This document shows positions 52,615-64,000 of a stretch of DNA of 64,000 nucleotides, piece by piece. This stretch comes from Ylistrum balloti. Its lineage: Eukaryota. Below the pieces are notes generated by a model. That model saw nothing but the letters and a program-made list of their open reading frames with translations. It did not search any database and was not told the DNA's origin. Position numbers and translations under genes: made by a program. The stretch spans positions 124,001 through 188,000 of the forward strand of contig NW_026782224.1 in the NCBI RefSeq assembly GCF_031769215.1, written 5' to 3'. Position 1 is the stretch's first letter; every line of letters begins with the position of its first letter.

Positions 52615-52749
52615 CAATTCTAAAGTCAACATATCCTTCCCCTCCTGACAGGACAAGCTTTGTGTTAGAATTGGTAGCTGGCACTGCCTCATGACGATTG
52701 GTCGTCTCCTCTACATCTGACACAGCACTCATCCCCCTTCTTGCAGCAC
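52615..52749 (-). CDS. MAPK8IP3: JNK-interacting protein 3/4, penultimate coding exon: GAARRGMSAVSDVEETTNRHEAVPATNSNTKLVLSGGEGYVDFRI
   Basis: ctttttctgtttcag| acceptor, ATTG|gtaggt donor; 135 bp, phase 1-1; contains the family hallmark LVLSGGEGY(I/V)DFR(I/M)G. Confidence 0.92.
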
Positions 52750-53069
52750 CTGAAACAGAAAAAGAAGTCTCCTGAATGTGTGTAGAGGCTGAAGCCTAGA
52801 TACGTCATGATGTGTGAGACATTCGACCAGGGTAATGATTTCTGAGTGATTCTGTAGACAACAGACTTGGAAATTCTCAAACTCCACAAACAAATGTCAG
52901 ACTCTCCTGATAAATAATAAATAACCATTTCTTGGAGGATTTCTGTTTTAACACCAGAATGAAACTTTGCAATAGAGAGTTTTGGAACTCTTACCCCACC
53001 AAAGCAGACTTCCACAAGCCAGCAACAGAGATTATTACACATCCATTCTCCAAGAATAACAATATATGC

Positions 53070-53390
53070 TTAATAAGAGGTCCAAGGGCCTTAACGGTCA
53101 CCTGATCAAGTCACAATGCTTCTTGTACCATGTCATAGAAATTATTTTGGCAAAAATGTAAGATAAATTTAACTTTATTGTACACATAATGCAAATGTAT
53201 ATTGAAAGTAGATCAAGGTCATTCATATCAACAAACTTGGTAGACCTTCATCCCATCATGCTACAGGCTCCATATCAGTACCCTGAGCCTTGTGGTTATT
53301 GAGAAGAAGTCATTTGAATGGAAAGTTTAGGCAAGGTAGATGGATGGACTAAACATTATGGCTATAAATATGATAAAAATGCATGAAGAC
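53070..53390 (+). mobile_element. Short pearl/HINE-like element
   Basis: Begins aataagaggtccaagggccttaacggtcacctga (same 5' box as 55703 and 55998); ends with tagatggatggac tail. Confidence 0.55.
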
Positions 53391-53670
53391 CAAGCAATCA
53401 CTTTATTTACCACAAATCAGTCACAAGAATTTATTGTCTTTCTAACAACTTAATGCATATCAGTGCTTAAATCAGAAGGTGTTGTGTGGTGGTTTTGGTA
53501 AAATAGAGGCCCATTAGAAACATTCTGTAACGCTCCGCCAGCTTATATTGAACCCTTCAAATGAACTGACTGTGACCTCTCTCAAAGCCGACAGCAATAG
53601 AAACCTGAGGAGATTTGAACTCTGGTTTTATATTCATTAAACTGTTTTTGTCATTTAACTAAAGTGTCAT

Positions 53671-54745
53671 GCTCAAAGCATCTTCATTAAAATACAGAGC
53701 TCTTCCTCAAAGCATCTTTATTAAAATGCAGAGCTCTTGCTCAAAACACCTTCATTAAAATGCAGAGCTCTTGTTCAAAGCATCTTCATTAAAATACAGA
53801 GCTCTTCCTCAAAGCATCTTTATCAAAATGCAGAGCTCTTGCTCAAAACACCTTCATTAAAATGCAGAGCTCTTGTTCAAAACATCTTCATTAAAATGCA
53901 GAGCTCTTGCTCAAAGCATCTTCATTAAAATGTAGAGCTCTTGTTCAAAACACCTTCATTAAAATGCAGAGCTCTTGTTCAAAGCATCTTCATTAAAATA
54001 CAGAGCTCTTCCTCAAAGCATCTTTATTAAAATGCAGAGCTCTTGCTCAAAACACCTTCATTAAAATGCATTAAAATGAGCTCTTGTAAAATGCAAAACA
54101 TCTTCATTAAAATGCAGAGCATCTTCATTAAAATACAGAGCTCTTGCTCAAAGCATCTTTATTAAAATGCAGAGCTCTTGCTCAAAACACCTTCATTAAA
54201 ATGCAGAGCTCTTGTTCAAAGCATCTTCATTAAAATACAGAGCTCTTGCTCAAAGCATCTTCATTAAAATGCAGAGTTCTTGCTCAAAGCATCTTCATTA
54301 AAATGCAGAGCTCTTGCTCAAAACATCTTCATTGAAATGCAGTGCTTTTGCTCAAAGCATCTTTATTAAAATGCAGAGTTCTTGCTCAAAACATCTTTAT
54401 TAAAATGCAGATCTCTTGCTAAAAATGTCTTTATTAAAATGCAGAGCTCTTGCTCAAAACATCTTCATTGAAATGCAGAGCTCTTGCTCAAAACATCTTC
54501 ATTAAAATGCAGAGCTCTTGCTCAAAACATCTTCATTAAAATGCAGAGCTCTTGCTCAAAGCATCTTCATTAAAATGCAGAGCTCTTGCTCAAAACATCT
54601 TCATTAAAATGCAGTGCTTTTGCTCAAAACATCTTCATTAAAATGCAGTGCTTTTGCTCAAAGCATCTTTATTAACATGCAGTGCTTTTGCTCAAAGCAT
54701 CTTTATTCAAATGCAGAGCTCTTGCTCAAAACATCTTTATTAAAA
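53671..54745. repeat. 34-bp minisatellite (gctcaaagcatcttcattaaaatgcagagctctt), ~31 copies
   Basis: Units at 53671, 53705, 53739; locally scrambled at ~54060-54130. Confidence 0.96.
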
Positions 54746-55702
54746 TGTTATCAGGACGCGGGGCTCTTGCTTTGTTGCAGACAGCATGTTCCATTTCCAG
54801 CAGTGGTCCAATTTGTATTGAACATCTCAAATCAATCAATATTTAAGATGTACAGACATAAAAATTGTTTATTTTTAGACAAACCTGTCGTAATTATGTC
54901 TCCAAAGTGTGTTTGATCATTTTTACTGATGAAACAAACCTAATGCTCTAGGTGAGTTAACATCTCCAGAAAATTACAGCTATTCAAATTTTTTTGCTGA
55001 AGTGAAGCATTTAACATTTCTCACTGGGCAAACAGAGGGTGACATACATGTGTGAACATTTGTATTCTAGTCCATGGTGTTGTATTCTAGGCTATATTAG
55101 GATTTCACATCCAATTCATTATCAACAAATTGCCACATGCATGTTATTCCCCTTAGGGGAACTCTCTCTGTACGAGTTTAATGGGTCCAAATGTTGTGTA
55201 AGAAATTAAATTGTGGTGAAGCCTCAGGTCAATGGTGCCACAAACACCACACACTATTTCTCATCAGCCATTAGGGAATTTTGTGATTGTTCAGTCATTA
55301 AAATACATAGAAATTACTCCAAAATAAGTTATTATTTAAGTCAAGTTGTTTGCTATGTAATGGTTTGAATTAGGACTAGTAGTCCCTGGGAGGAATCCCT
55401 TAACTTAAATATAAATGGTAATTTGATGTGATTCAAGCCTTTAGGACTGAGCTACCAAGTTACTTTAAGTCAGTAGGGGACAGATTTATAAGAATTTGAG
55501 ATACACATATATTCAGCATTCATTGATCAAATAATCAAGCTCTTGTCACTAACAGCTGGTTGTTTTCAGAGTCAAATTACAAGGAATATATTGTACAAGT
55601 TCCAACCCTGGTATTATACATCATGTTTAGATGAGTGTAAGATTCTCTTCATCACATAATAAATGAATATGAAAAAATATGGCAGAAATCTAATAACTGA
55701 TA

Positions 55703-57137
55703 AACAAGAGGCCCATAGGGCCTGTATCACTGACTTGATTAGGCTCACTGAAATTGCTTTATCAAAGTAAATGAAAAACATCTAAAAGATTTAAATCTAT
55801 TTTCCCTATTAGGCCTGCCCATTTGCCTCATGGGAATGTAACGTATCGTTATACCAAATTAAGTTCCCTCCACCCATAGATGCTTCAGACTAAATTAGGA
55901 CAAATTAAGTTATTCCTAAAATTTAAGAACAATTCTTATAAATTTGCCATATTTCCCTTTGTGCCCAACCCCAGGGGGCCATGACACACAGTTTACACAA
56001 AAGAGGGCAACGGCCCTTAATGGTTGTCTGACAATCAGTGTATAGATAGATCATAGAACTTGATGATGGTGGCCTGACAAATTTGGTGGATTCATTTTCC
56101 TAGAAAGTATCAGAATTTGAGAGAGATTTACTTGGCACTTCTCAAGAAAGAGTGATAACAAACTTGCAAAGTCAAAATCCAAGTTTGCCACCTGTCGGCC
56201 ATTTTGATTATCTGACCAATCCCAGAATTAAAATGAGCACAACTACAGACTAAGGGAACCTACATAGGAAATTAGAGAGGGATCCACTCGGTACTTCTCA
56301 AGACATAGCAATAACAAAATTTCAATGTTGAAATCCAAGATGGCCATTTGCTGACTATTTCATGTTTTCCGATCAAACCCAAAATCAAACAGACACAACT
56401 TAGAACCAAGATGAACCTGCATATGAAATTTGAGAAAGCTCTATGCTGTAGTTCTTGAGAAATAACGATAACAAATTTTAAAAGTCAAAATCCAAGATAC
56501 CTGTAGTCCATTTTCTTTTTCTGATCTGACCTAAAATTAGATGGGAACAACTGGAAACCAAGCTAACATAGGAAATTTGAGGAAGATCCAACAAGTACCT
56601 CTCAAGAAATAGCGATAACAAAAATTGTTTATGGACAGATGGACGGATGGACCACAGACGTAGGGCAATTTGAAAAGTCCAACAAATGGTGACGGTGGGC
56701 TAACAATTGAACCTCTGTCTCACTCGAATGCTTCAGACCAAAGGGCAAAATATCCTTACATTCATATAGAAGGAACTCATTTTCCCTATTGGGCCCTGCA
56801 CCTGAGAGATCCACTGTGTATACAAAATGGTTTCATGCTTCAGACAAAATTTGGGGAAAATCTAATCATTCCTACAGGACGAGTAGGATTTGAAAGAATT
56901 TGCTCTATTTCCCCTATTGGGCAGTGTCGTTCCTGCCCCAGGGTCCCAATATCCAGCCTTTAAACAAAACGGATTCTCCTTCACTTGAGAATGTTTCAGG
57001 TAAATTAGTGCAAAATTCAACCATTACTACATGAGGAGTTGACGCATGATTCACTTCGCATAACACACGACGCATGATGACGGACGAAGCATGATGACTA
57101 TAGGTCATCTTGACCCTGCAGGTTAGATGACATAAAA
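55703..57137 (+). mobile_element. Outer pearl/HINE-like element (tttccctattgggccc core family), interrupted by a nested element
   Basis: 5' box aacaagaggcccatagggcc; core resembles 43.2-44.1 kb; 3' gacggacg tail and gtcatct...agatgac stem-loop before aaaaa. Confidence 0.7.
55998..56708 (+). mobile_element. Inner pearl/HINE-like element (aaatccaagatggcc core family, ~156-bp x3)
   Basis: 5' box aaaagagggcaacggcccttaatgg; cores at ~56174, 56331, 56487; acagatggacggatggac tail and ggtgggctaa end. Confidence 0.7.
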
Positions 57138-57752
57138 AGGGACATTACTCCAGAATCAGACATCATTCAGTAAGGGGACATGACTTCAATAAGGGACATC
57201 ACACGAAGAATGTCTTGTCATGATATGTCACTCATAGATAGAGTTTTAATCCTCTAACATCCACAACCAGCCAGAGAACACATGTACAGCCACAAAAGAA
57301 TCAAATATGGTTTTTATAAGAAAACGAAATTTGAAATGAAAACGTGATGCAGATGTGGAGGTTTCCAGATAAGGAGATTTAATGGGCATATCCAATCAAA
57401 GTTAGGTTATCGTCACGAAATATAATATTCTCCTGCACTGTTTCAGAAATGTCAGAAGTTAATGAGCTCAAAAAACACACAACTTCAACAATAGTGTTAT
57501 CATTGCCATATTCACAGATGCTGCTAGAAACTCATTTAACGTTGCCTTTCAATCTATTTTCTAAATGTCAACATCAGAAAATGTTTATTATTTTCTCTCT
57601 ATGGAGATGAAAAGCAAGACTGTCATTTAATGTCCGTTTCAGGATACAAGAATACTGTCTATATCTCATTAATAGGCCTATATTGATATCTAATAGGGTG
57701 GTGACAAACATAGCAACTTGAGATGAAGGTACTTCCTTGTCAGATAAGAGAA

Positions 57753-58152
57753 GAGGTTCATACCATAATTTACCAACCTGATGGAAGTTTTCACATGAGG
57801 TCCATATCACAATCTACAAACCTGACAGTAGTAGCCACATGACAAGGTTCATATAACAATTTATTAACCTGACAGAAGTTTTCACATGAGGTCCATATCA
57901 CAATCTACAAACCTGACAGTAGTAGCCACATGACAAGGTTCATACAACAATTTATTAACCTGACAAAAGTTTTCACATGATGAGGTCCATATCACAATCT
58001 ACAAACCTGACAGTAGCAGTCACATGACAAGGTTCATAAAACAATTTATTAACCTGACAGAAGTTTTCACATGATGAGGTCCATATCACAATCTACAAAC
58101 CTGACAGTAGTAGTCACATGACAAGGTTCATACCACAATTTATCAACCTGAT
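57753..58152. repeat. 91-94-bp tandem repeat, ~4 copies
   Basis: aaggttcat at 57844, 57935, 58029, 58123. Confidence 0.93.
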
Positions 58153-58249
58153 GATAGGTTATGTTCCAAAATGCATTTTTTCTATGAAAATTACAGTAAA
58201 GTTTAAAAAAATCTTTTCCCCAGGAAGAAATAAGAGACCCATTTTGGTA

Positions 58250-58700
58250 ATTAAAGCATTTTCCAAGCTTCCATTCATGTATAACATTTGTTTCTACCAC
58301 ACCTGGGAGTTGAGAAGAAGATTTCTGAAATTTATGTCAATTTGACCCCTATCATACCAATCCGTCAGCTCCTTTGTTGTCAGCCAGGATCAATATGGGC
58401 ATTCCATCATGTCTTCATCCTTTGCTCATAATGCTAGCCAAGTTTGAAATATTTTGAAAATTTCGTTGGGCTTCATCCTAGGGACATACCAGCCAAATTT
58501 TCTGCCTCTAGGCCTCTTAGTTTATGAGAAAAAGTCATTTAAATGTTTAAACAAATTTGACATCTGTGACTTTGAACATTGGTCAAGGTCATTTCTTTTC
58601 ACAAACTTTATTGGGCTTCATCCTAGGAACATATTAGCAAAATATCAAAACATTTGGTCCATTGGTTGTTATTTAATGTCAGACGACATTGGAAGGAGCC
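58250..58700 (+). mobile_element. Degenerate pearl/HINE-like remnant with duplicated ttgggcttcatcctagg core
   Basis: Two core copies ~146 bp apart and ggtcaaggtca motif; boundaries uncertain. Confidence 0.4.
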
Positions 58701-59099
58701 CTTCCCGCAGGTTGCAGGGAGTGGAGTAACAGGGCATAAAACAAGCAGTCTTATCACAGGAGACCCTAGACAACTTCATTCAATATTTCAAGCAAAACAC
58801 ATATTCATCAAATGAAACCTCCCACGATTCACAGAAAACAAATATGGAGCCGGAGATCATTCGTGTTGTTTACTTATCACAGATGTCAAGATATTCCCAG
58901 AGTTCCAATCATATGAAGCCAATAAAGGGGGAGAGTACTTGCTTAAAGTAGACAAAATGTGGACCTCATTGTCAGCACCTGTGGCTGTAAATCTCAACAC
59001 AAGATATAATACTACAACAAGAGGGACATGGAACTTAACAGTCATCTAACAATCATGGATGGACAAACCACAGAATTGCAGATGAAAGTCTGACAAATC

Positions 59100-60300
59100 T
59101 GAGGAATTCCCATCATGATATTTTAGACCACATTTGATATAAATCCATTCAAGCATTAAGGAAGAATAGCAGTTTGAAGTAAAGTCATTGACCAACTTTC
59201 ATATATTGGGCCCCACTCCCAGGTCCCTAGGGGTCAAATCACCTTTCTGAATTTGGGAATTCATTGCCCACCCCTACTGATGTTTCAGATAAAATTTGAA
59301 TGAAATCCATTTAAGCATTAAGGAAGAGTAGCATTTTGAAGCAAAATATCAACTAATTTCCCATTTGGGGCCCTCTCCTAAAGTCCCTTGGGATCTAATC
59401 AACTTATGAATTTTAGAAATGATGACCCACATACAACAATGTTTCAGATCAAATTCAGTTGAAATCTACCTAGGCATTTAGGAAGTGTAGCATTCTAAAG
59501 CAAAATATTGACTAACTTCTCCTTTTGAAGCCCTATCCCTAAGTCTTTAGGGGTCGAATCAACTTTCTGAATATATGAAATGATTTCCCACTTTCAATGA
59601 TGTTTTAGCGATGATTATAATCTTTATCTACCAAGTCCAAATGCCTGGAAGTCATTTTGTTTCCTCCGATCAGTCCCAAAATCAAATACACACAAGGAGA
59701 GACCAAAGGGAACATACAAATGAAATTTGAGAGATATCCATTCAGTACTAAATAGAAAATAGTAATAACAATATCTTTACTAAGCAAAATCCAAGATGGC
59801 TGCATGTCGGCCATTTTGTTTTTCTGATCAGTTCCGAACTCAAACAGGCACAATTAGGGACCTACAGGAACCTATACACAATATTTGAGAAAGATCTATA
59901 GAGTAACAAACTTTGGAAGGCAAAATCCAAGATGGCCACCTTTTGGCCATTTTAATTTTTCTGATCAGACCCCAAATTGATTCAGCATAACTAGGGACCA
60001 AGGAGAACCTACGAAATTTAAGAAAGATCCATCCTGTACTTCTCAAGAAATAGCAATAACAAACTTTCAAAGTCAAAATCAAAGATGGCCACCTTTTGGC
60101 CATTTTGTTTCTCTGATCAGTCCCAAAAAAGAAATGGGCACAACTAGAGACTGACGGGAACCTACATACAAAATTTGAGAGATCCATCTCTTCCCTTTTA
60201 AGAAATAGTGATAACAAAAATTGTTTACAGACAGATGGACAGACCATAGACTCCGAGCGATTTGAATAGTCCTCCATCATCAGATGGCGGGCTAAAAAAA
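59100..60300 (+). mobile_element. Composite pearl/HINE-like element(s): ~160-bp core x3 followed by aaatccaagatggcc core x4 and terminal tail
   Basis: aaatcc units at 59141, 59303, 59462; second family at ~59631, 59786, 59921, 60075; acagacagatggacagac tail, ccatc-atca-gatgg stem-loop, gggctaaaaaaa end. Confidence 0.7.
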
Positions 60301-61852
60301 CATAATATAATGAGTAAAACAAAGAGACAATTAGTAACAAAACACTGTGAAAATTTCTACTACATAATTAATGTTTTAATGCATTGTAAGAAACACATAT
60401 TAATCTAATGAAAGAAAATGTAGAAAAAGACTAGAGACATTGACTTTTACTGATAAAACCGTGGTAGGACTAAACATCTTATTAACACTATCCTCATACA
60501 ACACTACTCAACTGTGCTGACAAAGCCAAAAGAACTGATTGTAAAATACCCAAATGAGGAGATTTTCTCAGTAAATTCTAGCTAGTGGTTGAACAAGTAG
60601 TAATCTTACAGACAATTTGCCCTGACAAATAGGCCAAGTATGATACGGGATTAATTGATCGGAAAGTGATGGGTGTTTTGCTCCCCTCGGACTGCTATTC
60701 CTGGGGCCTGTATTTACACTGCCTGGTAAACACATATACGCCAAGAGCATTGTTTTCATTATTTCAAGATATTGATTAACGGGTACCAGCTGATATGGAC
60801 AGCAAGCTTGAGATTCAAAAGACAATGCGCATCATCATGTGTAAGATAAACTGCTATTAGTCAATATTGCTCACTGACAAGTCTGTGCAGTAGACATCTC
60901 CTCATTATTGATAACTGCATTACCCACCACAAAATGCTTGTCGATATAAAAGTAAAGAAATAAACTTCTAACGGAGGAGAATATTCTTTTATTTCAAAAT
61001 CAACTTTACTGCGATGGCTATAGCAGAGGAGTTCTCAGAAAAATATATAAAGTACATTTTGTATTGATATTACTTGAGAAAGAGGTCCCGTACTAGCACA
61101 GTACAGATGTCAGCACCTAATATCTATAAATTCGACAAAAATATATATTTGATTGGTGAAATTTTTGGAAAAAAATGTGACCAAGGCGACTTTTATACAG
61201 AGTATGACACATACAAGTCTGTTCTCCATTAGATGATGAACAATTCTGAAGTGATGTTGCCATAAAAAGTAGCACAAAGCTATATACATCAGCCACATAG
61301 ATAGGAGGGTTTTATCTGGTATTGACTTTTAGGAAGAATAATGCCGAGATTGTATGAGTGGAATGTAAGGTAGAATGCCGTTGGATGCAAGACCAATCTT
61401 CTATGTATGATCTTGATTTCATAGATTGGAGACAATCTGATACAGCCTGGAGAGGATGGACACATACAACATGAGTGCCATTCTCATTAACTCCAGTTCT
61501 AGACCCGGCTGATGCTCCGATATTGACAGAAAACTGGCAACTATACGAATCCCATTGGCGAATGTTTTGATATGTTTCCTTGACTAGCTATAGGAGAACA
61601 AAGACTTATTAACATGATTTATCACCAATCTAGCCATACAGCCATTCTGATTGAGGCTATTAACCACGGACCTTTCAGATCTTGGTTAAATATTGGTGTT
61701 TTATTTATCAAGAATGACACAGCGGATCTGTGACACTGTTTACAAGAGGTGACCATGATTGATCTAATTCTAATTGTCAACATGATTTCATTGAATACAC
61801 CACTCTTGATTAATAGATTGTTTCCTGTTCTACAAACTGTTTCTTGTTTTTA

Positions 61853-63075
61853 CCACAGTTGAATATTCTACCCAGTGTTTCCTGTCTTAATCACTGTTGA
61901 ATATTCTACCTACTGTCTCCTATCACTGTTGAATATTCTACCCACTGTCTCCTATCTGTTGAATATTCTACCCACTGTCTCCTATCACTGTTGAATATTC
62001 TACCCATTGTCTCCTATCACTGTTGAATATTCTACCGACTGTCTCCTATCACTGTTGAATATTCTACCGACTGTCTCCTATCTGTTGAATATTCTACCCA
62101 CTGTCTCCTATCACTGTTGAATATTCTACCCACTGTCTCCTATCACTGTTGGATATTCTACCCACTGTCTCCTATCCATGTTGAATATTCTACCAACTGT
62201 CTCCTATCACTGTTGAATATTCTACCCACTGTCTCCTATCTGTTGAATATTCTACCCACTGTCTCCTATCACTGTTGAATATTCTACCCACTGTCTCCTA
62301 TCTGTTGAATATTCTACCCACTGTCTCCTATCACTGTTGAATATTCTACCTACTGTCTCCTATCTGTTGAATATTCTACCCACTGTCTCCTATCACTGTT
62401 GAATATTCTACCCAGTGTGTCCTATCACTGTTGAATATTCTACCCACTGTCTCCTATCACTGTTGAATATTCTACCCACTGTCTCCTATCACTGTTGAAT
62501 ATTCTACCCACTGTCTCCTATCACTGTTGAATATTCTACCTACTGTCTCCTATCTGTTGAATATTCTACCCACTGTCTCCTATCACTGTTGAATATTCTA
62601 CCCACTGTCTCCTATCACTGTTGAATATTCTACCCACTGTCTCCTATCACTGTTGAATATTCTACCTACTGTCTCCTATCTGTTGAATATTCTACCCACT
62701 GTCTCCTATCACTGTTGAATATTCTACCCACTGTCTCCTATCACTGTTGAATATTCTACCCACTGTCTCCTATCTGTTGAATATTCTACCCACTGTCTCC
62801 TATCACTGTTGAATATTCTACCCACTGTCTCCTATCTGTTGAATATTCTACCCACTGTCTCCTATCACTGTTGAATATTCTACCCACTGTCTCCTATCTG
62901 TTGAATATTCTACCCACTGTCTCCCACTGTCTCCTATCACTGTTGAATATTCTACCCAGTGTGTCCTATCACTGTTGAATATTCTACCCACTGTCTCCTA
63001 TCACTGTTGAATATTCTACCCACTGTCTCCTATCTGTTGAATATTCTACCCACTGTCTCCTATCACTATTCAATG
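61853..63075. repeat. 30/32-bp minisatellite (ctgttgaatattctacccactgtctcctat[ca]), ~38 copies
   Basis: Direct tandem repetition with two length variants interspersed. Confidence 0.97.
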
Positions 63076-64000
63076 TTTTGTATCCTGTGGTATCTTGTTA
63101 ACATGTTGGTAAGCTGCGTCTTATTCTGTTGAGACATTGATGTATGAACTGTCTGTAATAGCAGGTCATCATAATAGCTAAATGAGATGTGAAATGACAA
63201 TCACCAATGACACAGCACCCTTAAATAACAGGGTTGTCAGCCAAATATGGAGATTTGGGTTACCCTGTCAAGGCCCTTTGGCTGTGAGTTGGTCTCTAAT
63301 GACCTAGTGGGTGGTGGAACTCATTTATACTGATCATAACAGGACATCAGGGAAAGGTCACTTGTGAACATCAGACATACAAAATGATTTCTCAAACCCA
63401 GGGAATGCTGATTGGGATACGTTTGATGACAGCAAAATGACAGCTAGAAGACACGATATCTTTCTGCATTTATCTGCTTCATGTCAAAATAATTTGATAA
63501 CTCCAGACGGTACACATCTTACTACCACAAAAAATTCAGGTAAACAGCAGGATATAGTTCTCATGTAGATATATATTGCAAAATATGCTGTAGATAAATG
63601 CTTTTATTTAATCAATTTCATTCATAGATGTGTCTTTCAACATAACAGAATTTAATATATCTTGATAACCTAACTGTTTGATGGGATATGTCCTTAAAGC
63701 AAATGAACTGTGTTTTTTTTGGTTGAGGACAAATTCTAACAGGTTTAAAGGCAACATTTTTAGAGATATCAAAGTCAACATTTTCAAACGTATTTTTCTT
63801 AACAATAATTACAACATAACAATACTAAAGAGATACAGAATATGAGGAAAAGAAATGTCTTTTTAGCCGTAATGTTGAAGAGGTACGAACTATGACATAC
63901 CTGTTGGACCAGCCCGATGCTAATGAAACATACATGCAGCAGAACACTAAAAAACTTGCTCCTGTAAACATTAAAGTCTCTACAAGTTTAATCTATCTTG

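Noticed and set aside
60609-60722. Additional JIP3 exon (SVNTGPRNSSPRGAK...)
   Set aside because: The best donor is phase 0 whereas the next exon needs phase 1, and the 52615-52749 exon already covers the segment expected after the conserved VPG motif.

Overview
AT-rich eukaryotic genomic DNA, most likely a bivalve mollusc (oyster-like). That assignment is inferred from the repeat families and short-intron style, not from a database match. Two genes are recognisable, both on the minus strand. One is the 1,462-bp first coding exon of adenylate cyclase type 9 (15212-16673), followed by an intron that runs off the left end. The other is the last two coding exons of JNK-interacting protein 3/4 (sunday driver; 52615-52749 and 51488-51591). 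A third, unidentified plus-strand gene end is suggested by three in-frame small exons at 46420-46900. Housekeeping-type promoter motif clusters at 40.7-41.9 kb have no long ORF attached. The rest is about 20 unrelated tandem arrays, several pearl/HINE-like (Helentron-type) non-autonomous elements with ~155-bp cores (one nested), a TIR element with a 6-bp TSD, SINE remnants and one N gap. The largest array is a ~6-kb zoned satellite with a palindromic 43-bp monomer. CpG is depleted over the gene bodies and retained between them. I see no prokaryotic system, CRISPR array or intact autonomous transposon. Most ORF-track entries are artefacts of tandem repeats.
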